Notes: a model not told the origin generated them from the letters alone. A stretch of 64,000 nucleotides of DNA from an uncultured Candidatus Saccharibacteria bacterium (GCA_964480345.1 CAYZNW010000001.1:1348-65347); one strand, 5' to 3'; positions 9,775-19,660 are shown, counted from the stretch's first letter. A program made the numbers and translations.

Positions 9775-11682
9775 TTATTCAAACAAAGCATCAAACTCTT
9801 CTCGTCCGACTACCTCTTTCTCTATGAGCATATCCACTAATTTCTCTACATACTCTTTCTTTTCAATAAGGATGTTCTTTGCATCTTTGTATGCTTCATC
9901 AACGAGATTCTTGATCTCCTGATCAATCACTTGTGCTGTCTGTTCACTGTAATCTTTACCTCCACCGTATGCATATCCCAGATGAGTAGTTTCGTCTAGA
10001 TCACCATACTTAATCATACCTAACTTCTCACTCATACCGTATTTCATAACCATTTCTTTTGCTACTTCTGTCACATGCTCTATATCAGAAGATGCTCCTG
10101 AAGAAACATCATCTAAGAAAATCTCTTCTGCTGCTCTTCCACCTACTCCTGTTCTTAACCAAGCTAGCATTTGCTTTTTGAAAAGTGTAGTTCTCTCTTT
10201 CTCTGGTAGATATACTGTTACCCCTCCTGTCATACCTCTAGATATGATAGAAATCTGCTCTACAGGATCAGAATACTCTGTAAATTTAGCAACAATAGCA
10301 TGACCTGCCTCGTGATATGCTGTTTTTCTAATATCATCCTCCTCCTTATCTCCTTTCTTCTTTCTACCTAATTTAACCTTTAAATATGCTTCCATCAAAT
10401 CTTCTTGTGATATCTGGGTCCTATCATCTTTTGCTGCCATAATAGCTGATTCATTTAAAAGATTTTCTAAATCAGCACCTGAATACCCTACTGTCTTTTT
10501 TGCCAAAGTATCTAAATCTACACCCTCTTCAAATTTCTTGTTTTTAGAATGAACATCTAATATGGCTTTTCTACCTTTTGCATCAGGCATAGGCACTACT
10601 ACTGTTCTATCAAATCTTCCTGGTCTCAAAATTGCAGTATCTAAAACATCAGGTCTGTTTGTCGCAGCAAGTACAATTACATTTTCTCTTTCTTCCAATC
10701 CATCCATTTCAACCAATATCTGATTTAATGTTTGCTCACCTGCTCCAGAGTGCAATACTGTCCCTCTTTTTTTTGCTACAGCATCAATTTCATCGATGAA
10801 TATAATGCACGGAGATGCATTTCTAGCTTTTTTGAATAAATCTCTGACTCTTGAGGCACCTGCGCCTACCAACATCTCTTCAAATTCTGATCCTGATGTA
10901 TGGAAAAACGGCACGCCTGCCTCTCCTGCAATAGCTTTTGCCAAAAGGGTTTTTCCAGTACCAGGAGATCCTGCTAAAAGCACTCCTTTTGGAATTCTAG
11001 CACCAGCATCAGTATATTTCTTTGGATATTTAAGAAAATCTACAATTTCAGTCAACTCTTCTTTTACCTCATCAATTCCTGCAACAGAATCAAACGATGT
11101 TCCTGATTTCTTACCAAAAAGAAGCCTTGCCTTACTCTCTCCAAAATCCATTATCTTTCCTCCAGAAGCAGGCATATTTTTAATCATCATATATCCAAAA
11201 ATAACTGCTGCCGTTAAGAAAAGAAAGGTTAATATATCCCCAAAGGACACCTCTATTGCTGGTTGGTAGTAATCATTTTTTAAATCTTGAACTTTTATAC
11301 CAGCATTAGTCAAAATATCATAGAAATTTGATTTATCTGGAAGCAGTGCAAACTTACGAGATATAGTTTCTACACCATCCTTTTCCTCGTTCTTCTGAAG
11401 AATTATCATGTCGTCTTTAAGATATATCTTGTCGTAATCTTTCTCCGTTATATTTGTAACTATCTCACTAACAGAAACCTCTTCCCCTTTATTATTTAAT
11501 GCTTTGTACATAAACATCACTCCTGTAAGAAGCAATGAGATGATGATAACCGTTAGGACGCTAGGAATTTTGAATCTTCTGACTGGCAATTTACGAATAT
11601 CTACAGTGTAAACATTTGATTCTTCTTTCTTAACCTGATCTTTACTACTACTAGCACTTTTTTTACTTCTTTCCTTTTTCAT
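9775..11682 (-). CDS. ftsH: ATP-dependent zinc metalloprotease FtsH
   Basis: TM, AAA Walker A LLAGSPGTGKT, SRH, zinc site HEAGHAIV. The ORF-track N-terminal extension (to 11763) overlaps a tRNA, so trimmed to Met at 11682. Confidence 0.9.
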   Translation of the reverse strand: MKKERSKKSASSSKDQVKKEESNVYTVDIRKLPVRRFKIPSVLTVIIISLLLTGVMFMYKALNNKGEEVSVSEIVTNITEKDYDKIYLKDDMIILQKNEEKDGVETISRKFALLPDKSNFYDILTNAGIKVQDLKNDYYQPAIEVSFGDILTFLFLTAAVIFGYMMIKNMPASGGKIMDFGESKARLLFGKKSGTSFDSVAGIDEVKEELTEIVDFLKYPKKYTDAGARIPKGVLLAGSPGTGKTLLAKAIAGEAGVPFFHTSGSEFEEMLVGAGASRVRDLFKKARNASPCIIFIDEIDAVAKKRGTVLHSGAGEQTLNQILVEMDGLEERENVIVLAATNRPDVLDTAILRPGRFDRTVVVPMPDAKGRKAILDVHSKNKKFEEGVDLDTLAKKTVGYSGADLENLLNESAIMAAKDDRTQISQEDLMEAYLKVKLGRKKKGDKEEDDIRKTAYHEAGHAIVAKFTEYSDPVEQISIISRGMTGGVTVYLPEKERTTLFKKQMLAWLRTGVGGRAAEEIFLDDVSSGASSDIEHVTEVAKEMVMKYGMSEKLGMIKYGDLDETTHLGYAYGGGKDYSEQTAQVIDQEIKNLVDEAYKDAKNILIEKKEYVEKLVDMLIEKEVVGREEFDALFE

Positions 11683-11715
11683 GAATTCTCTTTTTAATTT
11701 TAGTTTCTGGATAAA

Positions 11716-11789
11716 TGGTGGGAAGTGGAATCGAACCACCGACCTTGGGTTTATGAATCCCATGCTCTAACCGACTGAGCTATCCCACC
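11716..11789 (-). tRNA. tRNA-Met (anticodon CAU), elongator type; Ile2/lysidine type not excluded
   Basis: Cloverleaf GGTGGGA/TCCCACC acceptor, anticodon loop TTCATAA, T-loop GGTTCGATTCC; TATAAT about 7 nt upstream of 5' end. Confidence 0.8.
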
Positions 11790-11920
11790 GTGGCTTCAAT
11801 TATACCATACCTACACAGGCCTGCCCTAGACCTGCCCCTCGCCAATACAATCTTTTTTTGAAATACACAAGAAAACAAGAGAAGGTCTGCCCCGAGGTAA
11901 GAAAAAAGTAATAAATCTGA

Positions 11921-12481
11921 TTAGTTAGCCTTACCTGAATACTCCCCTGTCTCTGTGTTTATCTTTAAAACATCACCTTTTTTAATGAAAAGAGGGACAT
12001 TAACTTTGTATCCTGTTTCTAAAGTTACAAGCTTAGTTGCAGTATTTGAAGTATTACCTCTAACAGCATCAACTGCTTCTGTAACTTGCAAATTCACAGA
12101 AGGACTCTCCTTCAAAGTCAAAATCTTACCTTCGTAAGTCATAACCAAAGCTGTCTCACCTTCTTTAAGGAAATTGATATATTCACCGATAACATCTTTT
12201 GGAATCATGATTGTTTCGTAAGTTGCAGAATCCATAAAGTAGGAACCACTTCCATCAGAGTACAAAAACTGCATTTCTTTCACTTCTGGATGTACATACT
12301 CTACTTTTGCACCTGCTTTAATTGTTTTAGTGATAATCTGGCCATTATCAAGCGCTTTCATCTTTAAGATATATAACCCACCTTGACGACCCTGTGTTTT
12401 CAACTGCCTCTCCTGAAGGATAAAAATCCTATCATTCTCTAATAAATACATTCCTTTTACTGGCTGATCTGTTAATGGCAT
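11921..12481 (-). CDS. efp: Elongation factor P, Arg-type loop (KTQGRQGG)
   Basis: EF-P three-domain length and KOW-like N-terminus; the loop aligned to E. coli KPGKGQAF carries Arg instead of Lys. Start taken at ATG 12481 (MPLTDQ); the track start at 12529 is TTG. Confidence 0.8.
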   Translation of the reverse strand: MPLTDQPVKGMYLLENDRIFILQERQLKTQGRQGGLYILKMKALDNGQIITKTIKAGAKVEYVHPEVKEMQFLYSDGSGSYFMDSATYETIMIPKDVIGEYINFLKEGETALVMTYEGKILTLKESPSVNLQVTEAVDAVRGNTSNTATKLVTLETGYKVNVPLFIKKGDVLKINTETGEYSGKAN

Positions 12482-12575
12482 AAATTTCTCACTTATATTA
12501 AACAAACGTGATTCTATCACCGCAATCAACGTTTTTCAACTAACTAAAACAAATATTTTTTAGAAAAATCGAAAA

Positions 12576-12650
12576 TGGTTGCGGGGGTTGGATTCGAACC
12601 AACGACCTTTAGGTTATGAGCCTAACGAGCTTCCACTGCTCTACCCCGCG
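12576..12650 (-). tRNA. Initiator tRNA-fMet (CAU)
   Basis: CGCGGGG 5' end with C1xA72 mismatch, A11:U24, anticodon loop CTCATAA, 3' CCCCGCAACCA encoded. Confidence 0.75.
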
Positions 12651-12700
12651 CTAAACATGTGAGATTATACCGAATTATTCATATTTCTTCAAATTCTTAG

Positions 12701-12722
12701 AGGTCTGACCTAGGTCCGACCT
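12701..12722. repeat. Palindromic repeat copy 2 (AGGTCTGACCTAGGTCCGACCT)
   Basis: 22-bp palindrome with one mismatched pair; same CCTAGG-centred family as 8177-8190. Confidence 0.5.
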
Positions 12723-12886
12723 GTTGTAAGATACTTTTCATCTTTGCGAAAAAGGCTTGCCAAAGCAGGTTTCTGCGGTATGGCAAAGTATATCCGCTTT
12801 TGGAGACGAGTAGACCGTAGAGCTTAGGCGCGACAAAGTCTTTCTAAACTGGGCTTACTTATTCTTATGAACTTTCTCTTGCTAGA

Positions 12887-12908
12887 GGTCGCACCTAGGT
12901 CCGACTCG
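12887..12908. repeat. Palindromic repeat copy 3 (AGGTCGCACCTAGGTCCGACTC)
   Basis: 9-bp arms around CCTAGG; right arm identical to copy 2; lies just 3' of the ftsB-like gene. Confidence 0.45.
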
Positions 12909-12913
12909 GAGTT

Positions 12914-13360
12914 TTAAATCCCTTCCTCGAAGAATTTGAGCCATGCTTTGTAGGCGTACTCTGTGGGTTTTTGATCGGTTTCGTCTATGTATGTTGCCAC
13001 GATGTTTTTTGAGTTTTTTAACAGTTCGGGATCTATGATAAAGACATATTCGTTGCTACCAGACAGGTTTAGTCTGTCTCGAGCTTGCACTTCAAGATAT
13101 TCGTTGCTTTTCATATCTTCTAACTCTAAGCTCATTCTTAAATTGCGGATTCGTAATTCATTAACTTCCTTTTTCGCATTTTTAGAAATTTCTAATTTCT
13201 GCATGGTTATTTCAAAGGAGTGGTATACATTGTAGAAAAGAAGGATAGATATACCTATTAATGAGATCTGGACGAAGAAATTTCCTAGTAGTGGGTTAAG
13301 TGGAGGAGATTTTCGCTCTGTTTTAATATTTTCGTTGGTACGATATATGACTTTATCCAT
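12914..13360 (-). CDS. FtsB/DivIC-like septum formation initiator (bitopic)
   Basis: Single TM, coiled coil, conserved EYLEVQARDRLNLSGSNEYVF motif resembling the FtsB/DivIC family. Confidence 0.55.
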   Translation of the reverse strand: MDKVIYRTNENIKTERKSPPLNPLLGNFFVQISLIGISILLFYNVYHSFEITMQKLEISKNAKKEVNELRIRNLRMSLELEDMKSNEYLEVQARDRLNLSGSNEYVFIIDPELLKNSKNIVATYIDETDQKPTEYAYKAWLKFFEEGI

Positions 13361-13478
13361 GGAATTATACTATCAGTATCCTACGCCACTTTCAAAACCT
13401 ATATACATTTATTATTGCTCTTGGGCTTCACTGATGATATAATTACTTTATATCCATAAAATTTAAGAAAGAAATATA

Positions 13479-14366
13479 GTGGGGCAAATAAATAATGTTA
13501 ATTTCAAAGAAAAAGCGGATCAGTTCATAGAGGATTTAAGAAAGAAAAACAGGTCAGAAGCAACAATAATTGCTTATGCGAAGGATCTTGAGCAGTTACT
13601 GAACTATTTTTCCAAAAACAGTATCGCTTCTTTTGAGAAAGTTACAATTGAAGATTTGGAGGGATATAGACAAAATCTACAGGACAATAACTACACTCCT
13701 AAGAGTATTTCTAGGAAGATAAATAGTACAAGAACTTTCTTTAGATACCTATTAGAAAATGGAGCTATTGAAGATAATATTTCTGAGAAGTTGTCTCATC
13801 CTAGATTTGAGATTAAACCTCCTAGAATTTTATCGGAGATGGAATACAGATCTTTGCGAGATGTTAGTCGAGTTGACATTAGACTCTACTCTATCGTAGA
13901 GATATTGCTTCAGACAGGTATCAGAATTGGTGAATTGGCAAGTTTGACTTTAGATGATATTAGACAATCTAAAGATGGAAAGATCGATTTTCTTTATATC
14001 AAACAGGCAGGTAGTCATGCTGCAAGAAAAGTTCCTCTAAATAAATCAGCGAAGAAAGCTATAGATGAATATATGAATGTGCGACCAGAAACAGAGGACG
14101 ATACTCTTTTTGTAACAAAGAATGGTAGAGCTTTGTTGGTCAGAAATATTAGAACTGCAATTGATAAAGCTTTCGAAAGAGCTGGTATTAAAAATGCAAA
14201 GGTTAATGACTTAAGAAATACTTTTATCGCACATCATTTAGCAAATGGTATTGATTTGAGAGTCGTATCAAAGCTAGTAGGACACAAGAGATTGTCAACT
14301 ACAGAGAAGTATTTGAATGTCATTAAAACACAGATCAACGAAGAGAGTTCTCTAAAGGAACTTTAA
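13479..14366 (+). CDS. Tyrosine recombinase, XerC/XerD-like
   Basis: N-terminal SAM-like domain; catalytic R...HxxR...GHKRLSTTEKY (R-H-R-Y). GTG start. Confidence 0.8.
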   Translation: MGQINNVNFKEKADQFIEDLRKKNRSEATIIAYAKDLEQLLNYFSKNSIASFEKVTIEDLEGYRQNLQDNNYTPKSISRKINSTRTFFRYLLENGAIEDNISEKLSHPRFEIKPPRILSEMEYRSLRDVSRVDIRLYSIVEILLQTGIRIGELASLTLDDIRQSKDGKIDFLYIKQAGSHAARKVPLNKSAKKAIDEYMNVRPETEDDTLFVTKNGRALLVRNIRTAIDKAFERAGIKNAKVNDLRNTFIAHHLANGIDLRVVSKLVGHKRLSTTEKYLNVIKTQINEESSLKEL

Positions 14367-17300
14367 TTTACGAAGTTTTCCCCTACTACTTCCCCATCTC
14401 TTTCTACTTTTACTATTTTGCTTGCTGCGGAGTTGTTTTCAACTTCTATCTTATAGCTTCCTTCATCTACTACAAATCTGTACCGTCCTTTCTCATCTGT
14501 TACCCTCTTTTCTAATATACGATCAAACTCAGGATCTTTTAATAGTACCGGAATATCTGATAGAGGCATTTTTTCGCTGTTTGTTACAACCCAATATTTA
14601 TTTCTTCTTCTACTAAGTAAAGGATAGATTACAAAAGACAAAGGAATAACATAGATTAAAGGAATTAGTAGATTAAATGTTGTTGGATTCTTAATATATA
14701 TATATGCTGATATAGCAGTTCCTACTATTAAAATGGCGAGATTAAGAAATACAATTGCATTACTTAAGAAGCTTCTCATCACGACTTTATTTCTCGCAGA
14801 GGAATCTATATCTACAGGATCCATAGGAATGGCAACTTCGACATCTATATCTTCTTTTTTGACAGTAATAGAACCTTTGTATACATGAGTCAAAGGATAA
14901 TCTACACCCTCTGTGATAATTCTACTTGGGAATAGGAAACCTCCTTTAGATACCTGTAACACATATTTACCATCATTTAATCTTGTCATAAATCTTCCTT
15001 TTCCATCTGTAACACTACTGTTTACTAACTTACCTGATTCTTCAAAAATACGAACTACTGCCATACTCAACGGTTCTTTTGTTCTTGAATTGTAAACCAT
15101 ACCGTACGGTATTTCTTTTTTCTTGAAGCCTAAAGCCACAAGGATACTTGTGAAGAACTGACCTATTGCATAAATTACAGGTAGTATTCCTCCAGAAGCG
15201 ATAATTGTACTGACAGCTGTTGTAGCTACCGTTACTGTACTTACTGTAGCTGTATTTGTTAAATTGGTACTCTCATCTGTAGAGGACATCCATGATTTGA
15301 CTAATCCCTCTATTCTTCCAGGTATGTTTGCAAGAGCAGAAATGAAGGTATTTGCAACTTTGGAAGTTGCTGTGGTCGTGGTAGAAGTATCTGAACCTGA
15401 GCTACTCTCTTTCTCTTCATTGTATCCAAGACCTCCTGTGCCAGTTAATCCATCTGCGATCCAGTAAGTTACATTTCCTATTACTGCTTTAGAAACTGTA
15501 ACTGAACTAGCTTCCACATCCTTGCTTTGTGGGAATTCACCTGTATATTTCACTCCTCCTGCACAGTTCAAACTAACTTCACTCAAACTCTTAGCTTCAG
15601 GACAAAGCATAAATGAATTAGTATCGTTTCCTACTACAAACATCGTATATTTATTTGCAAGGCCTTGATCTTCGGAAAGTTTAACAACTGTTTTCTTTTC
15701 ACTTGCAGACATATCAATTAATGCTTCAGACCAATCTCTGTCTTTAGAGAAAAGAATAGGTATCTCCGCTACGATATACAGACCTGAGTATACTTTGACT
15801 TTCTGCTCCCCAAGCTGGCCATTTTCCACCAGAGTTAAGTCTATATTGTCATCTTCAGACAGAACAACATTTATTCCCTCCTGAACATTTAAAATGATAG
15901 CTTTAGCTCCAATAAAGATCGGGTTACTCCATACTGTTAATACTCCATTCATATTTCTTCCAGCAACAGAGAAACCGTACTGTTGTCCTACCTCTAGACC
16001 ATTTATTAAGATACCATTAGACCCTCCAAAATCAGTAAACTTACCGTATTTAGGAGAATCTATAAATGTTGAAGAAGAGAAATCTATATATTTACCAGAA
16101 TTAGTTTCTTTTATTGCGAACTCTGTATATGTAGGGTTTTCTAAAGTATTAATATATACACGAGCAGAATTAGAAGTAACCCTATCTACCTTTATTGTAA
16201 TAGGTGGCTGAGCAAATGTTGACACAGAAATTACTTCTGACCATTCTGAAAACACTCCATCCTTGTTTGAACTTCTTGCTTGGAAAGTATACTTCTTATT
16301 TGGTGCCAGACCAGATACTGTTATGCTTTCGGCAAAAGGTAAAGATGATGTGAAAGAGAGAAGAACTCCAGTGTTTCGGTCATAATATTTCTGCTCAGTT
16401 GTCTCAAATACTTGGATGCTATCTCTCGTACTTCCTGTTAATTTTAGAAGAACAGAACCGTATGTAACAGGTGTAGCTGACGCTACTTTCACTGATTCGG
16501 ACATTGTATTAAATGAAAGTAACTCTGTCTTAGCGCTATCTGATAAAGAATTGTATGCTTGAATAGATCTCTTGTAAATCGTATTTGATGTAAGATTCGT
16601 TTCTTTACAATTTGAACTCGTAATATCTTCAAGAGTGCATGTTAGTATTAGAGAAGAGTTCTCATCATATATCCGATATCCAGTAACTGTACCAGCAGTA
16701 GGAGCATCTACTGTCCAAATAATTTCATTTGTAGTAATAGAGCTAGCCTTAAATCCTGTTGGTGTACTAATTTTAGTAACGATATCAGTACTTTCAGAAA
16801 ATTCTGTCTCAATATTCAAACTGTTTTTTGCTTTAATAACAAAAGAGTACTCTGTATTAGGCAATAGGTTTGTAAGTACAATACCATTTAAACCTCCGTA
16901 CTGAGTATAAGTAAACCACTCTGGAGTATCTATTAAAACTTTCGATACAGCATCTACATATTTCCCACTCTTACTCTCTTGTACCAGATACTGTGTAGTA
17001 GCTGGGTTATTCGTTGCATCTATCTTGATTTTTAATTCGTTTGTCTTAATATCTGTTATTTCAACAGGATTTGGTTGTGCAGATACTGTTCTTATAGTTA
17101 CATACTCAGAAAAAGCACTTTCTATACCATCGTAGTTTTTGGACTTTACTCTAAATTTATACTCAGTATCAGGAAATAGATTGATAACTGTATCTGAAGT
17201 ATCCACTAACCATTCGTTTATTCCGTCATTACATGAGCTATCAATACATTCAAAAAAGAAGGCTGTTTGTCCAACTCCAGTATTATTAACTCCACTTGCC

Positions 17301-19660
17301 GAAACAGTTAAGGAATTACTCGTTATATTGGATACTGTTAATGTAGGAGGCACAGAGTATGTGTATGCTGTTTGAATATCTGAATACTCTGTCTCTACAC
17401 TATCTCCATTTCTTCCTTTAATTCTAAATCCATAAAGAGTGTTATTTTCTAAACCAGTAACTTGCTGCGTATCGGATCTTACCCATCCATTAATACCTGT
17501 ATTACAATTACTACCTATAGCACAATTTAGTAATATCTCAGAATCATTTACTCTATCCGAGATTGTAAAATCCATTGTTGTAGATGCGATTGAGAGTATC
17601 GTAAATGAGGGTATTCGCAATGTTGTATATACCTGTTTCGCAGCAGAGAGTACACTTTCTCCAGCACTGTTGTAAGCAGATATTTTCCTAGTATATTGTG
17701 TATTTTCTAACAAGCCACTCTCTTCACATGTATTTATGCTACTACCAACACAAGTTTTAATTAGATTGTTTAGTCCATCATACAATCTCACTCCATCCGC
17801 GACTCCAGATCCATATGTAAAATTCCACAAAATTTTATCAGTAGATGGTAACGGTGTACCCATTACAGGAGTATTTGGTATAGCTAGCGTAGAGAATTGC
17901 GCAGTAGCTGACCAAGCGCTTACAGCATTGAAGTTATCCCAGAATCTAACCCTCCAGTAGTAGGTATTTCCGTATGACAGAGCCGAGCCTGCATAAGAAA
18001 TATCTGGAGTTCTTGCGCCATTAGTTACTTGAGTAGCAAAGCCTGTTTGCCCTGTATCCCAGAGCATTGTTCCATTAAATGCGGAAGCGGTGTTAACTTG
18101 TATTTGGTAATATGCTCCTCTATCAGTACTATCTGGATCTGAAAATATTGCTGAGAACTCTGGAGTCATATCAATGATATTAGTTGGGTTTGTTAAACCT
18201 TCCGTCAGTAAAGATGTAGGAGCATTTGGAGCTTTGTTTCCGACTATTTCTCCTCCAAGTGTTACTGATTGCGAGGCGGTTCTTTTACCGTATAGGACAG
18301 TAATGTATGGAGGGATGCTGCTACCTGAAATAGATGCTGAAGCTGTGTGACTATGGTCATCAGGAGCAAATCCCACAGCTACTCCAGCAATAAAACGGCT
18401 AGATTCATATACTCTTGGTACGGTGAAAGACAATGCGTGTGAGTGTGTGGCAGAGCCTTGGGCTGTTAAATTTACACCTGTTCCACCTGCAGCGAAAAAG
18501 TTATCTAGTGCTGTGTATCTACTCCACCCTAGCGGAGGTATTACAGAGAACATAGAAATTACAGGAGCATTAACAGTAGCATTAGGATTTTTAACAAACA
18601 GTAAGGTTTTGAATGGAGGATAATTACTTCCAGCACCGTTAGAAGATAGTGTTACTGAGTGTACATGCCCTCCTCTTGCAACATCTCTAGTACTTCCTCC
18701 ATCTATAGTTATATTTCCACAATAGTTATTTGGTGCAGCCGATGTAGCTAAACTACTAAAAGTATGAGTATGGGTTCCTGCTCCCCCTAAAGCTCCTGCT
18801 GAAGCAGCTCCATACGGTATTCTACCATCAAAAATAGTTTCTCTACTCCATCCTGCTGGGATAGAGCTATCAGACAAAAATGTTAAATTGCTTGTTCCTG
18901 ACAAAGAGTTTCTAGAACATACGTAAGATGTCGAGTATGGAGGTAGAGAGGCTGTGCTACTTACTGTTCCTGTAACAGTATGGGTATGACCGAAATGACA
19001 TCCGCAAATCCAAGTTTCTCCATCAGTTACATTACCACCACCAGAATTCCCTGAGGTATTTACAGAGAGACTTCCTCCATGGTTATGAGAGGAGGCTCCT
19101 CCCGTATTACCATATACAGTACTTCCATACGCCATCCTATTATCAAAAACTGTTTCTCTAGTCCAACCGGCAGGACACGCCGCTGTAGAGTACAGAATAG
19201 CTTTTCCTGTCCACGCCATAGAAGTTGAAGTTGCGGAGCTATTTCCATAATACAGATAAATATTTTTACCTACTGCCGAGGTAGGAACTCTTACCCATAC
19301 TTGAGTAGAAGCTGTATTACACCCTCCTTCCACCCAATGGGAAAGCAATGTAGTATCATTACTATCTACAAATCTAATATCAGAACAATCACTTTTCATC
19401 TTCCCTTGTGTTATCAAAGTAGATGAATCAAATGGCACCAGCACATCTATGTTTGACCCTGCAGCAGAAAGAGTTACAGTTTTTCTATACAACCAACTAT
19501 CACTAAACCAACCAGATGCTATTGGATTTCTATCTAAAATCAAAAGAAATATCAAAAGTGGCAATGCTGTTATTATCAAAAAGATAGACAGATATACTAC
19601 AAAATTTCTTGTTATCATCATCCCAAATAAGGAGAAAGTTTTTTCTTTCTTGGCAGTCAT
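14363..19660 (-). CDS. Giant multidomain surface protein: N-terminal TM + DUF2341/LamG-like domain, three tail-collar-like PxGW...THxH repeats, multiple fibronectin type III repeats, C-terminal TM segments with two carboxypeptidase-regulatory-like domains
   Basis: DIRFVDSNDTTLLSHW...IYLYYGN (DUF2341-like); repeated AGWSRETxFDxR...GG(A/S)xTHxH; repeated FN3-like roughly 90-aa units; MAVVRIFEESGKLVNSSVTDGKGRF and RVTDEKGRYRFVV (CarbopepD_reg-like). Confidence 0.7.
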   Translation of the reverse strand: MTAKKEKTFSLFGMMITRNFVVYLSIFLIITALPLLIFLLILDRNPIASGWFSDSWLYRKTVTLSAAGSNIDVLVPFDSSTLITQGKMKSDCSDIRFVDSNDTTLLSHWVEGGCNTASTQVWVRVPTSAVGKNIYLYYGNSSATSTSMAWTGKAILYSTAACPAGWTRETVFDNRMAYGSTVYGNTGGASSHNHGGSLSVNTSGNSGGGNVTDGETWICGCHFGHTHTVTGTVSSTASLPPYSTSYVCSRNSLSGTSNLTFLSDSSIPAGWSRETIFDGRIPYGAASAGALGGAGTHTHTFSSLATSAAPNNYCGNITIDGGSTRDVARGGHVHSVTLSSNGAGSNYPPFKTLLFVKNPNATVNAPVISMFSVIPPLGWSRYTALDNFFAAGGTGVNLTAQGSATHSHALSFTVPRVYESSRFIAGVAVGFAPDDHSHTASASISGSSIPPYITVLYGKRTASQSVTLGGEIVGNKAPNAPTSLLTEGLTNPTNIIDMTPEFSAIFSDPDSTDRGAYYQIQVNTASAFNGTMLWDTGQTGFATQVTNGARTPDISYAGSALSYGNTYYWRVRFWDNFNAVSAWSATAQFSTLAIPNTPVMGTPLPSTDKILWNFTYGSGVADGVRLYDGLNNLIKTCVGSSINTCEESGLLENTQYTRKISAYNSAGESVLSAAKQVYTTLRIPSFTILSIASTTMDFTISDRVNDSEILLNCAIGSNCNTGINGWVRSDTQQVTGLENNTLYGFRIKGRNGDSVETEYSDIQTAYTYSVPPTLTVSNITSNSLTVSASGVNNTGVGQTAFFFECIDSSCNDGINEWLVDTSDTVINLFPDTEYKFRVKSKNYDGIESAFSEYVTIRTVSAQPNPVEITDIKTNELKIKIDATNNPATTQYLVQESKSGKYVDAVSKVLIDTPEWFTYTQYGGLNGIVLTNLLPNTEYSFVIKAKNSLNIETEFSESTDIVTKISTPTGFKASSITTNEIIWTVDAPTAGTVTGYRIYDENSSLILTCTLEDITSSNCKETNLTSNTIYKRSIQAYNSLSDSAKTELLSFNTMSESVKVASATPVTYGSVLLKLTGSTRDSIQVFETTEQKYYDRNTGVLLSFTSSLPFAESITVSGLAPNKKYTFQARSSNKDGVFSEWSEVISVSTFAQPPITIKVDRVTSNSARVYINTLENPTYTEFAIKETNSGKYIDFSSSTFIDSPKYGKFTDFGGSNGILINGLEVGQQYGFSVAGRNMNGVLTVWSNPIFIGAKAIILNVQEGINVVLSEDDNIDLTLVENGQLGEQKVKVYSGLYIVAEIPILFSKDRDWSEALIDMSASEKKTVVKLSEDQGLANKYTMFVVGNDTNSFMLCPEAKSLSEVSLNCAGGVKYTGEFPQSKDVEASSVTVSKAVIGNVTYWIADGLTGTGGLGYNEEKESSSGSDTSTTTTATSKVANTFISALANIPGRIEGLVKSWMSSTDESTNLTNTATVSTVTVATTAVSTIIASGGILPVIYAIGQFFTSILVALGFKKKEIPYGMVYNSRTKEPLSMAVVRIFEESGKLVNSSVTDGKGRFMTRLNDGKYVLQVSKGGFLFPSRIITEGVDYPLTHVYKGSITVKKEDIDVEVAIPMDPVDIDSSARNKVVMRSFLSNAIVFLNLAILIVGTAISAYIYIKNPTTFNLLIPLIYVIPLSFVIYPLLSRRRNKYWVVTNSEKMPLSDIPVLLKDPEFDRILEKRVTDEKGRYRFVVDEGSYKIEVENNSAASKIVKVERDGEVVGENFVN

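Noticed and set aside
11683-11763. N-terminal 27-aa extension of the ftsH ORF
   Set aside because: The extension is the translation of tRNA-Met(CAU); the FtsH start was reassigned to ATG at 11682.
12651-12913. Additional tRNA, SRP RNA or 6S RNA in the GC-enriched intergenic block
   Set aside because: No cloverleaf, no SRP helix-8 GNRA/AGCAGC motif and no 6S-like central bubble could be recognised by eye; retained only as an unclassified candidate in findings.
14363-19660. Periodic repeats inside the 5.3-kb gene considered as a possible CRISPR or tandem DNA repeat
   Set aside because: Periodicity is at the protein level (FN3 and collar-like domains, about 270-300 nt, divergent). There are no short identical direct repeats with unique spacers and no cas genes.
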